The position numbers and the translations under genes were made by a program. A stretch of 64,000 bases of DNA from Batkoa obscura (taxonomy: Eukaryota): the NCBI GenBank assembly GCA_030770535.1, contig JASVEC010000021.1, forward strand, positions 496,001 to 560,000, written 5' to 3'. The notes beneath the pieces were generated by a model. It ran no database searches. It saw only the letters and a list, made by a program, of their open reading frames with translations, and was not told the DNA's origin. Below, in pieces: positions 13,021-25,168 of this stretch (position 1 is the stretch's first letter; each line of letters opens with the position of its first letter).

Positions 13021-14661
13021 ATCAACCTCTTGAGGGAATAAAAAAAGGAGTTAATTTATAATTAAAAGCTCTTACTAATTGGATAAATGGGATAGATTTT
13101 GGTAATTAAAATTTTTTGATAGTTAACATTTAGCTTTAAATTTTAAAGCACTATATTTTTATAGCATTTTAGGTAGATAGTTTTTAATTATACTATGATT
13201 AAGGATATATTTCACTAAAGTCTATTGAATATTATTTTTTATTAACTTTTTAGGAGAGTGAGCTTAGTAATAAAAGCAAGAATAGTATATTTAAAGGGAT
13301 GGAACCTTAATTTAATGGATATAATTGTGTTTTGGGTTTAATGTCAATAACTCTTCAACACACCCAAAACTTTAAATCGGATCACTTTATAAATATTAGG
13401 ATGATGCTTTATAGTCCTATTTATTAGATATATTGGAATTTAATTAGTGGTATAACCTAACTTGATTTATTATTTTGACTACTGTAGTATATTTTACCTA
13501 CAATCATAAAGTTAGTAAAATCATTTAGCTTATGATATTGTATATCAAACCCAAAGTATTCGATGATGATTAATGAATTTATTAAATGTTGTTTATGTTG
13601 AGCTAAAATAAAAATGTTTTTATAGGATTGACCATCAATGAAAAGATTGTATATGGTAGTGAGCAATTGAGTATTTTCGAGAGTGACTTGTATATTATAT
13701 GCTTTCAAAGTTGAAACAAGTTGGGTCAATTTTTATATTAAACTTATGTCAATCTAATACTTGAACTTATTTAAATAATATTATAATAAAACAGAAACAA
13801 GATCATTAAAATTAACTTGAGCTCTTTTATAAATACCATCTTATTATAATCTATAAATTTAATTTAAGAGTTAACTTTCTGCCTGTGGGAATTTATTTTT
13901 CTCACCGACATTTTTCATTCAAGTTTAGGATCTGAAAGAGTTACTAGAGGAACCCTATTATAATAAAAAGTTACAGTATAAAAATACCTTATTTACCTAA
14001 GCATCCAACTACTAACTTATTAAACATTATATTGAATAAAAAGGAAACATAATAGTATAACAAAATGGACATTAACATATTTTTTTTAGTTTCAGAATTT
14101 GTTTGATATTTAAAATTTAAACTTTTAAATTTATAAGCCTTCAATATATAATTAGTCAAATTTAATAAAGCTTAAAGTTAAATCTTTTTACTTGAGTTTT
14201 ATTTTAAAAGTTTTATTTTTTTTAAATTATATATAGATGGTTTTTTTAATTTTATTATTTTTGTATTTTTTAAACATAGTTTTAAAAAAACATTAGTAAA
14301 TTATTAAAAGAATATATTTTCATATACTTTATGTTATTCTTATTAAATACTTAATAAATATATAATATGCATATAGTTATTTTACCTTTTATTAAAATAA
14401 GAATAAAACATAAACTTCATAATTGAACTTTAAAATAAATTTTTAAAAACTTTAACATACCAAAAAAAATACAATAAATATGATTTGTTATAATAATAAA
14501 TTTAGTCAATAACATATATAATTAGTGCTTTAAAAGAAATCATCAAAGTTAGTACTCGGTAGTTAAAGTTAAAACCAGTTTTTGCTTGACTAACTGGGTA
14601 TAAGTCAAAAAGTTTTAATTTGTATAATTAAAATGAACTTAAATCAATAATGATACCATAT

Positions 14662-14752
14662 GGGGATGTATTTAAGAATTTTACTAACAAACTTTCCGCT
14701 CAAGTAGCACTTAAAAAATGGAAAAAACAATGAAGTCAAAAAAAACACTCTC
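14662..14752 (+). mobile_element. MITE-A copy (small internal deletion)
   Basis: GGGGATGT...ACACTCTC; TSD ATAT. Confidence 0.88.
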
Positions 14753-15078
14753 ATATAGTAAGCTATAAACTATATAAAGCAAATAAAATAAAAATAGTAT
14801 TACAAAATATATAAAAAATGCTATAAAACTTGATAGCTTTATTGAAAATGTAATGTTAAAAAATAGTTTAATTAAAAACTTTCAAGTTATTATGTTAAAG
14901 TTTTTTAATACTTTAATTAAAGGACTGTATATAAAGAATATAATAGTGATTATAGTTTTTTATTGTAATTATCAAGTATGGATATTAAAATAAGAAGATA
15001 GTGTTTTTCATAATTAGGTGGTAGATATCTTTATAGCAAATCAAAATAAGGAACTTTAAATTGATTATATTATCATAT

Positions 15079-15176
15079 GAGGATGTATTTTTTCGTTTAT
15101 GAATTTTACTAATAATTTTTCCACTCAAATAGCGCTTAAAAAATGGAAAAGTAATGGAATCAAAAAAAACATCCTC
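15079..15176 (+). mobile_element. MITE-A copy
   Basis: GAGGATGT...ACATCCTC TIRs; TSD ATAT. Confidence 0.9.
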
Positions 15177-15397
15177 ATATTATGATTAGTTATAAAGCTG
15201 ACAAAGCGATATCTCACATTAATAATAATAAAAACATATACGACTTCTAAAAATATAAAAAAAACAAGGATATAAGCAATTAGAAATTATTTATATATTA
15301 TCAAATATAATAACAAGTTATATTATTATCCAGTATCTGGTAAATCAAAAAAGCTAAAATATTAAAAATAACTTAAAATTTAAAAGTTTTAATATTT

Positions 15398-15495
15398 GGG
15401 GATGTTTTTTTGGCTTAATTACTTTTTCCATCTTTTAAGCATTATTTGAGTGGAAAGATTGTTAGTAAAACTCTTAAATACAAAAATACATCCCC
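15398..15495 (-). mobile_element. MITE-A copy
   Basis: GGGGATGT...ACATCCCC; flanks ATTT/ATAT. Confidence 0.9.
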
Positions 15496-15559
15496 ATATA
15501 TTAAATAAGTAAATGGTCTATTGATAGAAACTAAGTATTAGATATTAATATTAACTAGA

Positions 15560-15960
15560 TTACTAATAATTAACTTGATAAATATTTTTAGAAAAAGTTA
15601 TAATAATAAGTAAAAATGATTCTATTGTTTGTATTATATAAAAGCAATCAATTATGGTTTTAAAACTAGCTATTTTTTCCCATGCAGTTATTTATTAACT
15701 TAATAATATATTAATCATATAATTATAATATTGAAATTATTTATTTATTTAATAGCAAATCTGCAATACTAATTATAAAGGAGCTTATAATAAATATTTC
15801 TTAGTAAAGCTTTACAAAAGTATATATTTATTTATATGTTAAAACTTTAATTGATATCTTTATATAGGCTATATTAGTAAAATCCTTACTGAACTAGCAA
15901 TTTTTGTTAAATTCAATAAAAGTTTTGTTAATTTACACGTATTTCAATAAAGTTATTTTA
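15560..15960 (-). mobile_element. Decayed relic L fragment homologous to the right arm of the 41.5-43 kb inverted repeat
   Basis: e.g. GTTTTAAAACTAGC..CAGTTATTTATTAA..AATAGCAAATCTGCAAT vs 42554-42665; differences mostly transitions. Confidence 0.6.
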
Positions 15961-16078
15961 AAATCAGATTAAAAAAATAAGTATCAATTATAAAATTTTT
16001 TATAGTATATTATTTAAACCATGTTTTATGAAATTAGTTGTAATAACTGCTTATACTAACTTATACATTATTCCATAT

Positions 16079-16177
16079 GGGGATGTTTTTTTTGACTTCA
16101 TTACTTTTTCCATTTTTTAAGCGCTATTTAAGCGGAAAAGTTGTTAGTAAAATTCTTAAACACAAAAATACATCCCC
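16079..16177 (-). mobile_element. MITE-A copy (close to consensus)
   Basis: GGGGATGT...ACATCCCC; TSD ATAT. Confidence 0.92.
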
Positions 16178-18314
16178 ATATTGTATTTTTATTGAATTTT
16201 CTTAAAACTATTAGGTACTTTTACCTTTTAAATAGTTTATTTCCATAGAGTTTTAAGCAAAGTTTTTAAAATACAAAATATTTAAAAAACTGAGTTTTAT
16301 TTTGATAATATTTTATTGATTACTCTATTTATAATCTAAAATTTAAAATTATGTAAAAAAATGAAATCAATTCAGACATGTATGTTTCCATGTAAATTCA
16401 TTTTACTTAAATTTTTATTGATTTCATTTATTTTGATTTCAGTAAACTAGTCTATTTATAAAAGATTTAGGATATATGGTATTAATTCGCGTTAAATCTT
16501 TTCTTAGAAAGTGTACATTTGTTCGGAAATTTTACTATCTGTTATAATAAGATCCATTTGGCTTTCAAATAGGTTTTTTAATTTTATCACTACTACGGGG
16601 CTAAATATTAATTAGTACATTTCCTTATATTATTTATTAAATCATTAAATTTTATTTATAACTCTGTAACGTTCTATATTTAATCTAAATATTAAGTGAT
16701 CACTCTCGTTGAATGATCTATAAAGTAATGTATACAAATAAATTTATTTAGGTAACTATTATGGTAAAGTAGTTATTAAATTATGAGCTTTGGATTATAA
16801 GTTCTTACTTAGACATTTAGTTTATAACAATATGGAACTATGATACTTAAATGTTATAAGTTTGTATAGCAATATAAATTTAACAAAATTGTATGGTAGA
16901 AAAGGTATGATAACAACAAGTTGGCTTACAGACTTAAATTTAAATTCTATTTGAATAAACTTAATAGAGCACAACAATTTTAAGCAATTCTAAGAACAAA
17001 AGCGATCTATAATAAATTTAATAAGACTGAAAATCTATAAACTATAAATTAAATGTAAGAATAAGTTGGACAGACTTTTAAGAAAAACAAAAAATTACTT
17101 TTTATGAATAAATATCGGACCATCTATTTGTTTTATTTTCTATAAAATAGGTTCCTTTTTATCCTTCAAAGATTAAAATTTATGAATATAGTATTATTGC
17201 ATATATTGTGTTACAATCGCTGTTTCTAGAATTCTCTTATTGCTTTGGAATTACGGAGTAGTATATTTAATTGAATTGTCATATAGACATCTTTTGTATG
17301 TTTTTGTCGCGATATTTGTAACATTAACTGTTGCTAATAAACAGATTTTGATGCTTATGGAAATTTCCAATCTAGTTCAAAAACGATATAGTTTTATATA
17401 AGGAAATTAGTGCTATTTATATCTGTTTAATTAATATTATAAATAAATTAATGAAAAAGCATTTTCTATAAATACATATTGTTGATTTCAAAGCTTTCAC
17501 TTAAGGTTTCTGGTATTAACTCTTACAAATTAAAGTATCTGATTTGAACTTTGTATCATTCACTTTATTATACTATTAACGTCAAGAGTGAATAAAGATT
17601 ATAGGATAATGAGTAAACTAAGTGGGTCCATAGAGTAATATAATACTTGATTGATATCACAAATACCTACAGTCCTGATTTAGTTTCTTATACAAATTAC
17701 TTTTATTTAATTAGGAATTAAATACTAAACTATCCTAATATAATGCATACGTTGAAGTAATGTGTAGAGGCTAATGATCTAACCTAGACTAACTTTGGAT
17801 TTGTAGATTTACAACCTAAAAAAAGTAATTAAGCTTAAAGCCTAACCATTATATAATAAGGCATAACTTCAATAATGTGATAAAAGGATCAAAAGCCGAG
17901 TATTCTAAAGATTCAAGCATCATTTACCTTATACATAACATCCAAAAATGTCACATTTAAATGTTCAAAAATGAACAATAAAGTATGATGTTCCCTTTCT
18001 TATTTGTAAAAGTAGTTAGCATACGGTTATTTTTCAGTGAATATACAATAATTACATTTAAATATTTCCGGCAAGTTCTCGGATTTTTTAAATAGGTTTA
18101 CTTTGTACTTTAAAAAAATCTTATTCTTACTTGGCCTGCGTGAGTATCATTAAAGAAAAAAGATGAAAAATTAGACTTTAGATCACCTGTATTTAAAGCT
18201 TAGTTGTAACATAAACAAATAAACTAAGAAATAAAGTTCATTGTTGGAGAGTATATAAACCTAAAATTTAGGCCTAAATGTTTAAAAATAATTATTTTGT
18301 TTAAATAGTTAATT

Positions 18315-19670
18315 ATGGCTGTAAAATACACATCCGCATTATTTCAAATCATTTTGGTGGGTTTCGTTTGCTTTTGCTGTCCTGGGATGTTCAATGTATT
18401 GAACAGTATCGGTGGTGGTGGTTTGGTAGATGATCCGAATGTATCAAGGAATGCCAATGTAGCTTTGAATGTTACCTTTGCTCTCTTTGGTATCATTGGT
18501 GGTGGTATTGTGAACATTGTTGGTTCCAAATGGTCTATAGCAATATCTGGCCTTGGATATGCTTTTTATTCTGCTTCTTTCCTTATTTTTAGCGCTACAG
18601 GTGCTGGATGGGTAGTTATCCTTGCAGGTGCTTTATTAGGTGCATGTGCTGGTGTGCTTTGGGCTGCTCAAGGTAGAATAATGATGTCTTATGCCACCGA
18701 TGAAGTAAGAGGGAAATATATTTCAATTACTTGGATTATATTCAACTTAGGCTCTGTCCTCGGTAATATCATTCCATTTTCATTGAATTTCAATTCAGCA
18801 TCTGGAAAACTTGGAAATGGTACTTATATTGGTTTAATCATTGTTATGCTTGTTGGTTGTGCCATTTCTCTCGGTTTAGCTCCTATTGAAAAAGTTGTGC
18901 GCCATGACGGTTCTCCAGTTAAGGTTACAAAATATGAAAATATTCTATCAGAAGCGATTGAAGTGCTAAAGGTGTTCTTGAACTGGAAAATGGTAGTATT
19001 AGTGCCCCTATTTGTTGCATCAAATTACTTTTATACTTATCAATGGGATATTATGAACTATTTTGTATTTAATCTTCGTACACGTTCATTTAATAATATT
19101 TGGTATTGGGCGGCACAAATGGTTGGTGCTTATGGTATGGGAAAGCTTCTTGATTATCCAAAAATGAAACGATCTTCAAAAGGACTTATCGGACTTGCTG
19201 CCTTGACTATTTCATTTACTGCAGTTTGGGGTGGAGCATTAGCTTTTCAACTTCAATTCACGGCTGAAGATAACCCATTTAAAGCTTACACTGCTCCTAC
19301 AGCAAGTAGCCCTGGAGTCGACTTTACTTCATCAAATTATGGAGGTTTAATAGTATTATATTTGCTATTTGGTTTACTTGATGCTATGTTACAAACCCTT
19401 GCATATTGGATCATGGGATCTTTACACAACGATGCACTTATACTTACTCGTTATGCTGGTTTCTATAAAGGTATTCAATCAGCTGGTGCAGCTGTTGCTT
19501 GGGGCGTGTCAACTACTAGTGCAAGCTACTTAACACAACTGATCATTTGTTGGGTATTACTTGAAGTATCTGTTCCTGGAGCATTCCTTGTTGTAAGATC
19601 TTTAGAAGATTATAATTTGTCCGAAGTTCCAAAAGAAAGTTTTGACCATGAACTTGATTCAAAGTCATAA
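18315..19670 (+). CDS. UNC-93-like MFS transporter (NGT1/NOPE1-related family), copy 1, intronless
   Basis: QIILVGFVCFCCPGMFNVLNSIGGGG N-terminal signature, GVLWAAQG, RYAGFYKGIQSAGAAVAW; many hydrophobic TM segments; TATATAAA at ~18253. Confidence 0.9.
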   Translation: MAVKYTSALFQIILVGFVCFCCPGMFNVLNSIGGGGLVDDPNVSRNANVALNVTFALFGIIGGGIVNIVGSKWSIAISGLGYAFYSASFLIFSATGAGWVVILAGALLGACAGVLWAAQGRIMMSYATDEVRGKYISITWIIFNLGSVLGNIIPFSLNFNSASGKLGNGTYIGLIIVMLVGCAISLGLAPIEKVVRHDGSPVKVTKYENILSEAIEVLKVFLNWKMVVLVPLFVASNYFYTYQWDIMNYFVFNLRTRSFNNIWYWAAQMVGAYGMGKLLDYPKMKRSSKGLIGLAALTISFTAVWGGALAFQLQFTAEDNPFKAYTAPTASSPGVDFTSSNYGGLIVLYLLFGLLDAMLQTLAYWIMGSLHNDALILTRYAGFYKGIQSAGAAVAWGVSTTSASYLTQLIICWVLLEVSVPGAFLVVRSLEDYNLSEVPKESFDHELDSKS

Positions 19671-19886
19671 ATATTTTCAGTAATAGGTAAATGACAATAA
19701 AATCAATTAACTTTGAATTGATATTCACTATTATTAGATATTTTGTATTTAAATTTATAACTTAACTTTTATTAGTATGATTGAAAATAAAATTAAAGAT
19801 CTGGTATAAAAATCGAACTAAAAAACAACAATAAAATTTAAAATGATTATTATTAAAAATGATAAGTTAATAGGGATTCAAGTGGC

Positions 19887-21236
19887 TTAAGATTTAGCTT
19901 CGAGGTCGATCTCGTTCTTTGCAATTCCAGGTTGATCATCATCGCCATAATCGGAGATGTTTTTGATGACAAAAAATGCACCTGGTACAGAGATTTCAAG
20001 TAATACCCAACAGATAATAAGTTGAGCAAGGTAAGAAGCATTAGAGGTAGAAATACCCCAGGCAATGGCAGCACCAAAAGATTGAATACCTTTGTAAAAA
20101 CCAGCATAACGAGTAAGAATTTGAGCATCGTTACTGAGAGAACCCATGACCCAATAAGAAAGACTTTGGAGCATAGCATCTAATAAACCATAGAACATAT
20201 AAAGAATAAGGGGTCCTCCATATATGGTATCTGTAAAATCGATACCATTATCAACCTTTGATTTATTATCTTTGTATGGATTTTCTTCTTTGGTGAATTT
20301 AAGTTGGAAAGCTAAACCTCCGGCCCATACAGCGGTGAAAGCAATGGTTAAAACGGCAAGTCCATAAAGACCACGTTTTGAACGAGACATTTTGGAATTA
20401 TCAAGAATTTTACCAATACCAAAGGCACCAACCATTTGCATGGCCCAGTACCAAATGTTATTAAAGGAACGAGTACGTTTGTTGAATAAAACAGCATTAT
20501 AAAGATCGAATTGATAAGTATAGAACCAATTAGAAGCAAGGAATAAAGGAAGAAGAGCAAGCATCTTAAAGTCGGTGAAGACTTTTAAGGCACCAACAGC
20601 TTCAGAGAGTACATTTTCGTATGGTGTAATTTTGACTGGGGTTCCATCTTCACGTACTACTTTACCGATTGGTGCTAAAGCAAGTGAAATAGCACAACCA
20701 ACAAGCATAACAACGATTAAGCCAATGTAGGTACCTTGTCCAAGAGCACCAGCTTCTTCATGATAGTTAAGCGCAAATGGGATGATAGAACCAAGTACAG
20801 CACCCAAGTTGAAAACAATCCAAAAAGTAGCAATGTATTTACCTTTGTTACTTTCAGTAGCATATGCCATCATGATTTGACCTTGAGCAGCCCAAAGCAC
20901 ACCAGCACATGCACCTAATAAAGCACCTGCAAAAATTACAACGCCACCGGCTCCAGTTGCGCCATAAATAAGATAAGAAGCAGAATAAAAAGCATAACCA
21001 AGGCCAGAAACAGCCAAAGACCATTTAGTCCCGAGAATATTTACAATACCTCCACCAATAATACCGAATACGGTAAAAGTGGTATAAATAGCAACATTGG
21101 CATATTTGGAAGTATTATCATCAACAAGACCACCACCACCAAGACTGTTCAATACATTGAACATACCAGGGCAGCAGAAACAAATAAAACCAACCAGGAT
21201 TACCTGAAAGTAAGCAGAAGTATACTTAATTCCCAT
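19887..21236 (-). CDS. UNC-93-like MFS transporter, copy 2, intronless, convergent paralog of copy 1
   Basis: Same signatures (GFICFCCPGMFN, GVLWAAQG, RYAGFYKGIQS); colinear with copy 1. Confidence 0.9.
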   Translation of the reverse strand: MGIKYTSAYFQVILVGFICFCCPGMFNVLNSLGGGGLVDDNTSKYANVAIYTTFTVFGIIGGGIVNILGTKWSLAVSGLGYAFYSASYLIYGATGAGGVVIFAGALLGACAGVLWAAQGQIMMAYATESNKGKYIATFWIVFNLGAVLGSIIPFALNYHEEAGALGQGTYIGLIVVMLVGCAISLALAPIGKVVREDGTPVKITPYENVLSEAVGALKVFTDFKMLALLPLFLASNWFYTYQFDLYNAVLFNKRTRSFNNIWYWAMQMVGAFGIGKILDNSKMSRSKRGLYGLAVLTIAFTAVWAGGLAFQLKFTKEENPYKDNKSKVDNGIDFTDTIYGGPLILYMFYGLLDAMLQSLSYWVMGSLSNDAQILTRYAGFYKGIQSFGAAIAWGISTSNASYLAQLIICWVLLEISVPGAFFVIKNISDYGDDDQPGIAKNEIDLEAKS

Positions 21237-24071
21237 AATTTAAGCGAATAAGTTGAAATTCAAAGTTTGTTGGAGTATAAATTGGATAAAGAACTAGAAA
21301 TAAGTTTTACCAAACTAAAATATAAACTTAGCTATTAATTAAGAAAAGGATTAGACTTAATCTTAAAAATTGATGAACATAGAAGACTTTCACGGGATAT
21401 TTATACTCTTCAGTTTTGGAAAACCTTTTTAAACGAAATCAATTAAGAAAGTCAAAATCTTAGGTCAGATGCTTTGTTCCTTCTATTTTATTTTATTTTT
21501 AACTGGGTGAAAGTGATCTTTGGGGGATTTTTACTTCTAACCTTAACCAAATTTGGAAGTAAAAAATCTGGTGATAATTTATAATAGAAAAAAGTAGAGA
21601 AAGCATTGATGATAGTACTTTTCAAAGCTGACAAGTAAAGTGGAGGGCATAGATTTGAAATTAATTTTATAAATATAGAAAGTTAAGGTGGAATGAAGAA
21701 TAAATATAAAGCTTACAGCAATTGAATATTTAATCATTTTTGTTTGGTCGGAAATACGAATAAGATCGCATTATATTTGACGAAGCTATAGCTCGCTCGC
21801 TTACTTACAGTTCGAATGTGACGAGTACGAGTTTTCAAATGTAAAAATTATTTCAAACAACATAAAGCCTAATTTAAAATATATTATTAATATTCACGAA
21901 ATATGGATGATACTATAAATTATATTTTTTACTTGATAAAAGCCTAGAAAGCATTAACTGATAATATGATCCAAGTGTGGATAAAAAATGGTAATATGAC
22001 ATTTTGCTCAGCTTAAACAGGTCATTATCGTACCACCCTTAAATAATATAATAAATTGATTGCAAAGAACATAACTGTAAAAATGCTCAGAAAAATTAAT
22101 ATGGAATTTTTAAAGTTTATTTATAGAATAATTGCTATAAACTTTGAGACAAAATTTAACCATAATCTAAGAATAGAACTGTGATTTCCTATATGGAGCA
22201 AATTTGATATTCATTATAAATATCAAAATCACAATATTACCATTTAATGGAATATAAACGTATATTACATTTGTAATGGTCTTAAGCTTTAACTTTTTGT
22301 TATTTAGTTGGATCCTACGTTATTATGTGTCTGTCCTTACATTATTACGTTTGATGCTCATTTCGGCGAATTAAACACTTTCTATTCTTACTGATTTATT
22401 TGTTTATAAGTTATGCCCAACATAAGGTGTGGATTTTATGTATAAACTGAGTGAAATCTTAGCAAACCATACAAATTATTTTTATATAAAAATTTATAAT
22501 AAATTTAATATAAGCATAATAAAAATTTTAATGTAAAATAAAAACACATCAATAAAATATTTAAACCTACTATCTTAATCTTATCTTAAAATATCATGTT
22601 CTCACGTTATAAGACATCAAGTGGAGGTTTTAGGAGCAAAATCTTTTTATAAGAAAGGGGGTAAATAAATTAAATAAAAAGATTGAAGTACCATATGGTT
22701 CAGAATTATCTAGCCTGACACATATGCAGTATATTGCACTCAAATGATGGTACAAACTATTTTTTACAGGATTTTTACATTGAAACTTAATTTGATTACT
22801 TGAAAGGATTTCCTATTTTGTAAATATGGCTTTTTCGGGTTTAATAGATCCAAGTTAGAATTTTAATAATAGCAATTTGAAATATAACCAATAGTATTTA
22901 ATGTAGTTTAAAGTTTTTTATTATTACTTTTAGCATTCTGGTATCGTTTTTTATGCTTTTGATCTTGATATCATTAACTCAAAAATTAAGATAAAAGCAA
23001 AAATGCATTTAATAGAATACTACAGTTTATATTTTATTTAGACTCAGGACTATATTTTGACCTGCCTGTCATCAGATGCATCGTCTGATGATCAGTGTCA
23101 TTGCCATATTACCAAATAAATTTAAAAATGCGAATGGTTTATAATTTTTTGGGGTTACCAACTTCATCATCCTTAGATTAGTCTTTACTTATTTGTATGT
23201 TTTGATCCAGCTGACACAGATTTTAATTATGGTTTCCGGGAATAGTAGGGTAAAGGTGATTCAGTGAATGAATTTAAACGTTGAGTTTTTTTACAGGTAT
23301 TTGTTCTTTAAAAATATTAGTTAATGGAGAAATGGGGGTAATGTAATTTTTTGAAAATTCCTGAAATTTGTTTACTTAACTTATTCACAATATAGGTCAA
23401 AAGTGGAACATCGTTCAAAATATGTGGTAATGTTTATTCATTTAAGAATAGAAATTAGGCTTCAGCTTCAAAATAAGGCAGTAGTACAAATCATATTACA
23501 AAATTCTAGCTAAATAGCGCTGGAACCAAAACAGATTTAATAAAACTTCCATTTTGAATTTTTTTAAATTTTGCGGTACTTTTAATATTTTAATAATCTT
23601 AGATTGACAGTCTTAATATCTGTTTACCACAGCACTCCATAGTATAAAATATGGGATATTAGAAATTAAGTATATGATATACAAAGTTTTTCATAAACGA
23701 GAAAAATCTTAAATTATCTTAAAATGGAATACTTTGAATAAAAATAATTATTAGAGTAGGAAATATAATAAGTTCATTTCTTTAATGTTTTTGATATACT
23801 TTTTATTATTAATTGTAGTATAAATTTGTTATTAATTAATTCAAAAAAAATAAACATACTAGTTTTAGCTGATTTTTTACAAACCTGGCTTTTTAGGATT
23901 TTAAATTTATTTGAAAAGAACAAGATTAAAATCAAGTTATATATTAATTTGTTTAGGTTTTGGGCTGTAAAAAATGTAGACAGTTATATATATGTATATT
24001 TCTATAGTACCTGGGTATATGAAATATTTCTAAGCATTTATTTTAAAATAAAAGTTTTTCAATATTATTTT

Positions 24072-24492
24072 TATAGTTTACGCACTTTTCTAAAAAAGTG
24101 ACTTTGATTTTTTTTGCTATTTACTTGAAAATAAATTTATGCATTTTTATGTAAGATAAGTTTGAAAGCTAGGCTGAAACTAAAAATAAGATTTTTTAAG
24201 TCACTTTTATCCATTTCCTATGTAGCATAAAATTTCAAAAAAAACTGCTAAGACTGGACAAAACGTTTGAACATGAATTATTCTAAAATCAAGCAAAAGA
24301 ACAAAAAATTTGTAACACTTGATGCTCAGTTCAATTTTGTAGAAAAATAAATTGGATAATTTAAATTGAGTTTTTCAACTAACTTGTGCAAAAAATATAG
24401 CTAAATTTGTATGAAAATACGTAAATTTTTTCAAGTAATGGTAAATTTTTACTGTGAAATGTTCACTTTTTTGTAAATGTGCGTAAACTATA
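24072..24492. repeat. Imperfect foldback (~80-bp arms), possible old non-autonomous DNA transposon
   Basis: TATAGTTTACGCAC...AAAAAAGTGA...TTACTTGAAAA at the left is the reverse complement of TTTTCAAGTAA...TCACTTTTTT...GTGCGTAAACTATA at the right. Confidence 0.7.
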
Positions 24493-25168
24493 CATAGATA
24501 AAATAAAACAGTGGAACAAAGATAAACCATTAATATTGTTTATTTCTAAAGATATATTTTTTGAAATGATTTTCAAATCAACAATAAATTTTCTATTGCG
24601 CTAGTTAGTGAAATACTTTCGCTTGCTTATTGTATTTCTCATACCAATCTTTATTAAATTAGTAATTTTATTTTCATATTGATTTCATATTACTTTTTTT
24701 ATACTATAGACTTAAAACAGGGTTAACGCATTGTTATATCTAAATAATGTCAATTTAAGTTTATTTACGTTGGTTAAGCTACAGAGGAATAAAACCAAAT
24801 AATAGCCTTAGTATTAAATATACTTGTTTTTCTACAAAATGTTACACCCATGGTTCTGTTAATTTCCAATTATGTTAAAAGTTTGTTTTTTAAAATAGTT
24901 AGTCTATAGTTTTATTTTTCTTAATAATATTATACTTTTGAAATCTTTTATAATATCCATTGAAATATATAAATTTCAATTATCTTAGTTTGATTTGAGC
25001 TGTATTATTTTATTATCTAAAATGGTCAAACAATAATAAAATACAGACTCCATGCCAAAAATATTAATTTGGAAATATTTTATAGTATCGGGGCTATTTT
25101 CATGTTTTTTAAAATTAAATATAATTTGTAAAAATTTATTAAATAATAAAATGAATATATTATTGAAT

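Larger units (their letters stand above)
14550..15240 (+). mobile_element. Decayed relic L fragment carrying two MITE-A insertions
   Basis: Colinear by eye with reverse complement of 1480-1945 and with 41995-42400; boundaries approximate. Confidence 0.55.

Noticed and set aside
13457..13729. 90-aa minus-strand ORF
   Set aside because: TTG start, AT-rich, no recognisable motif or splice partners; cannot be supported as a gene
23069..23091. Hairpin TCATCAGATGCATCGTCTGATGA containing CTGATGA (hammerhead core or C/D box)
   Set aside because: No properly placed GAAA or three-stem junction on either strand; no convincing C/D arrangement
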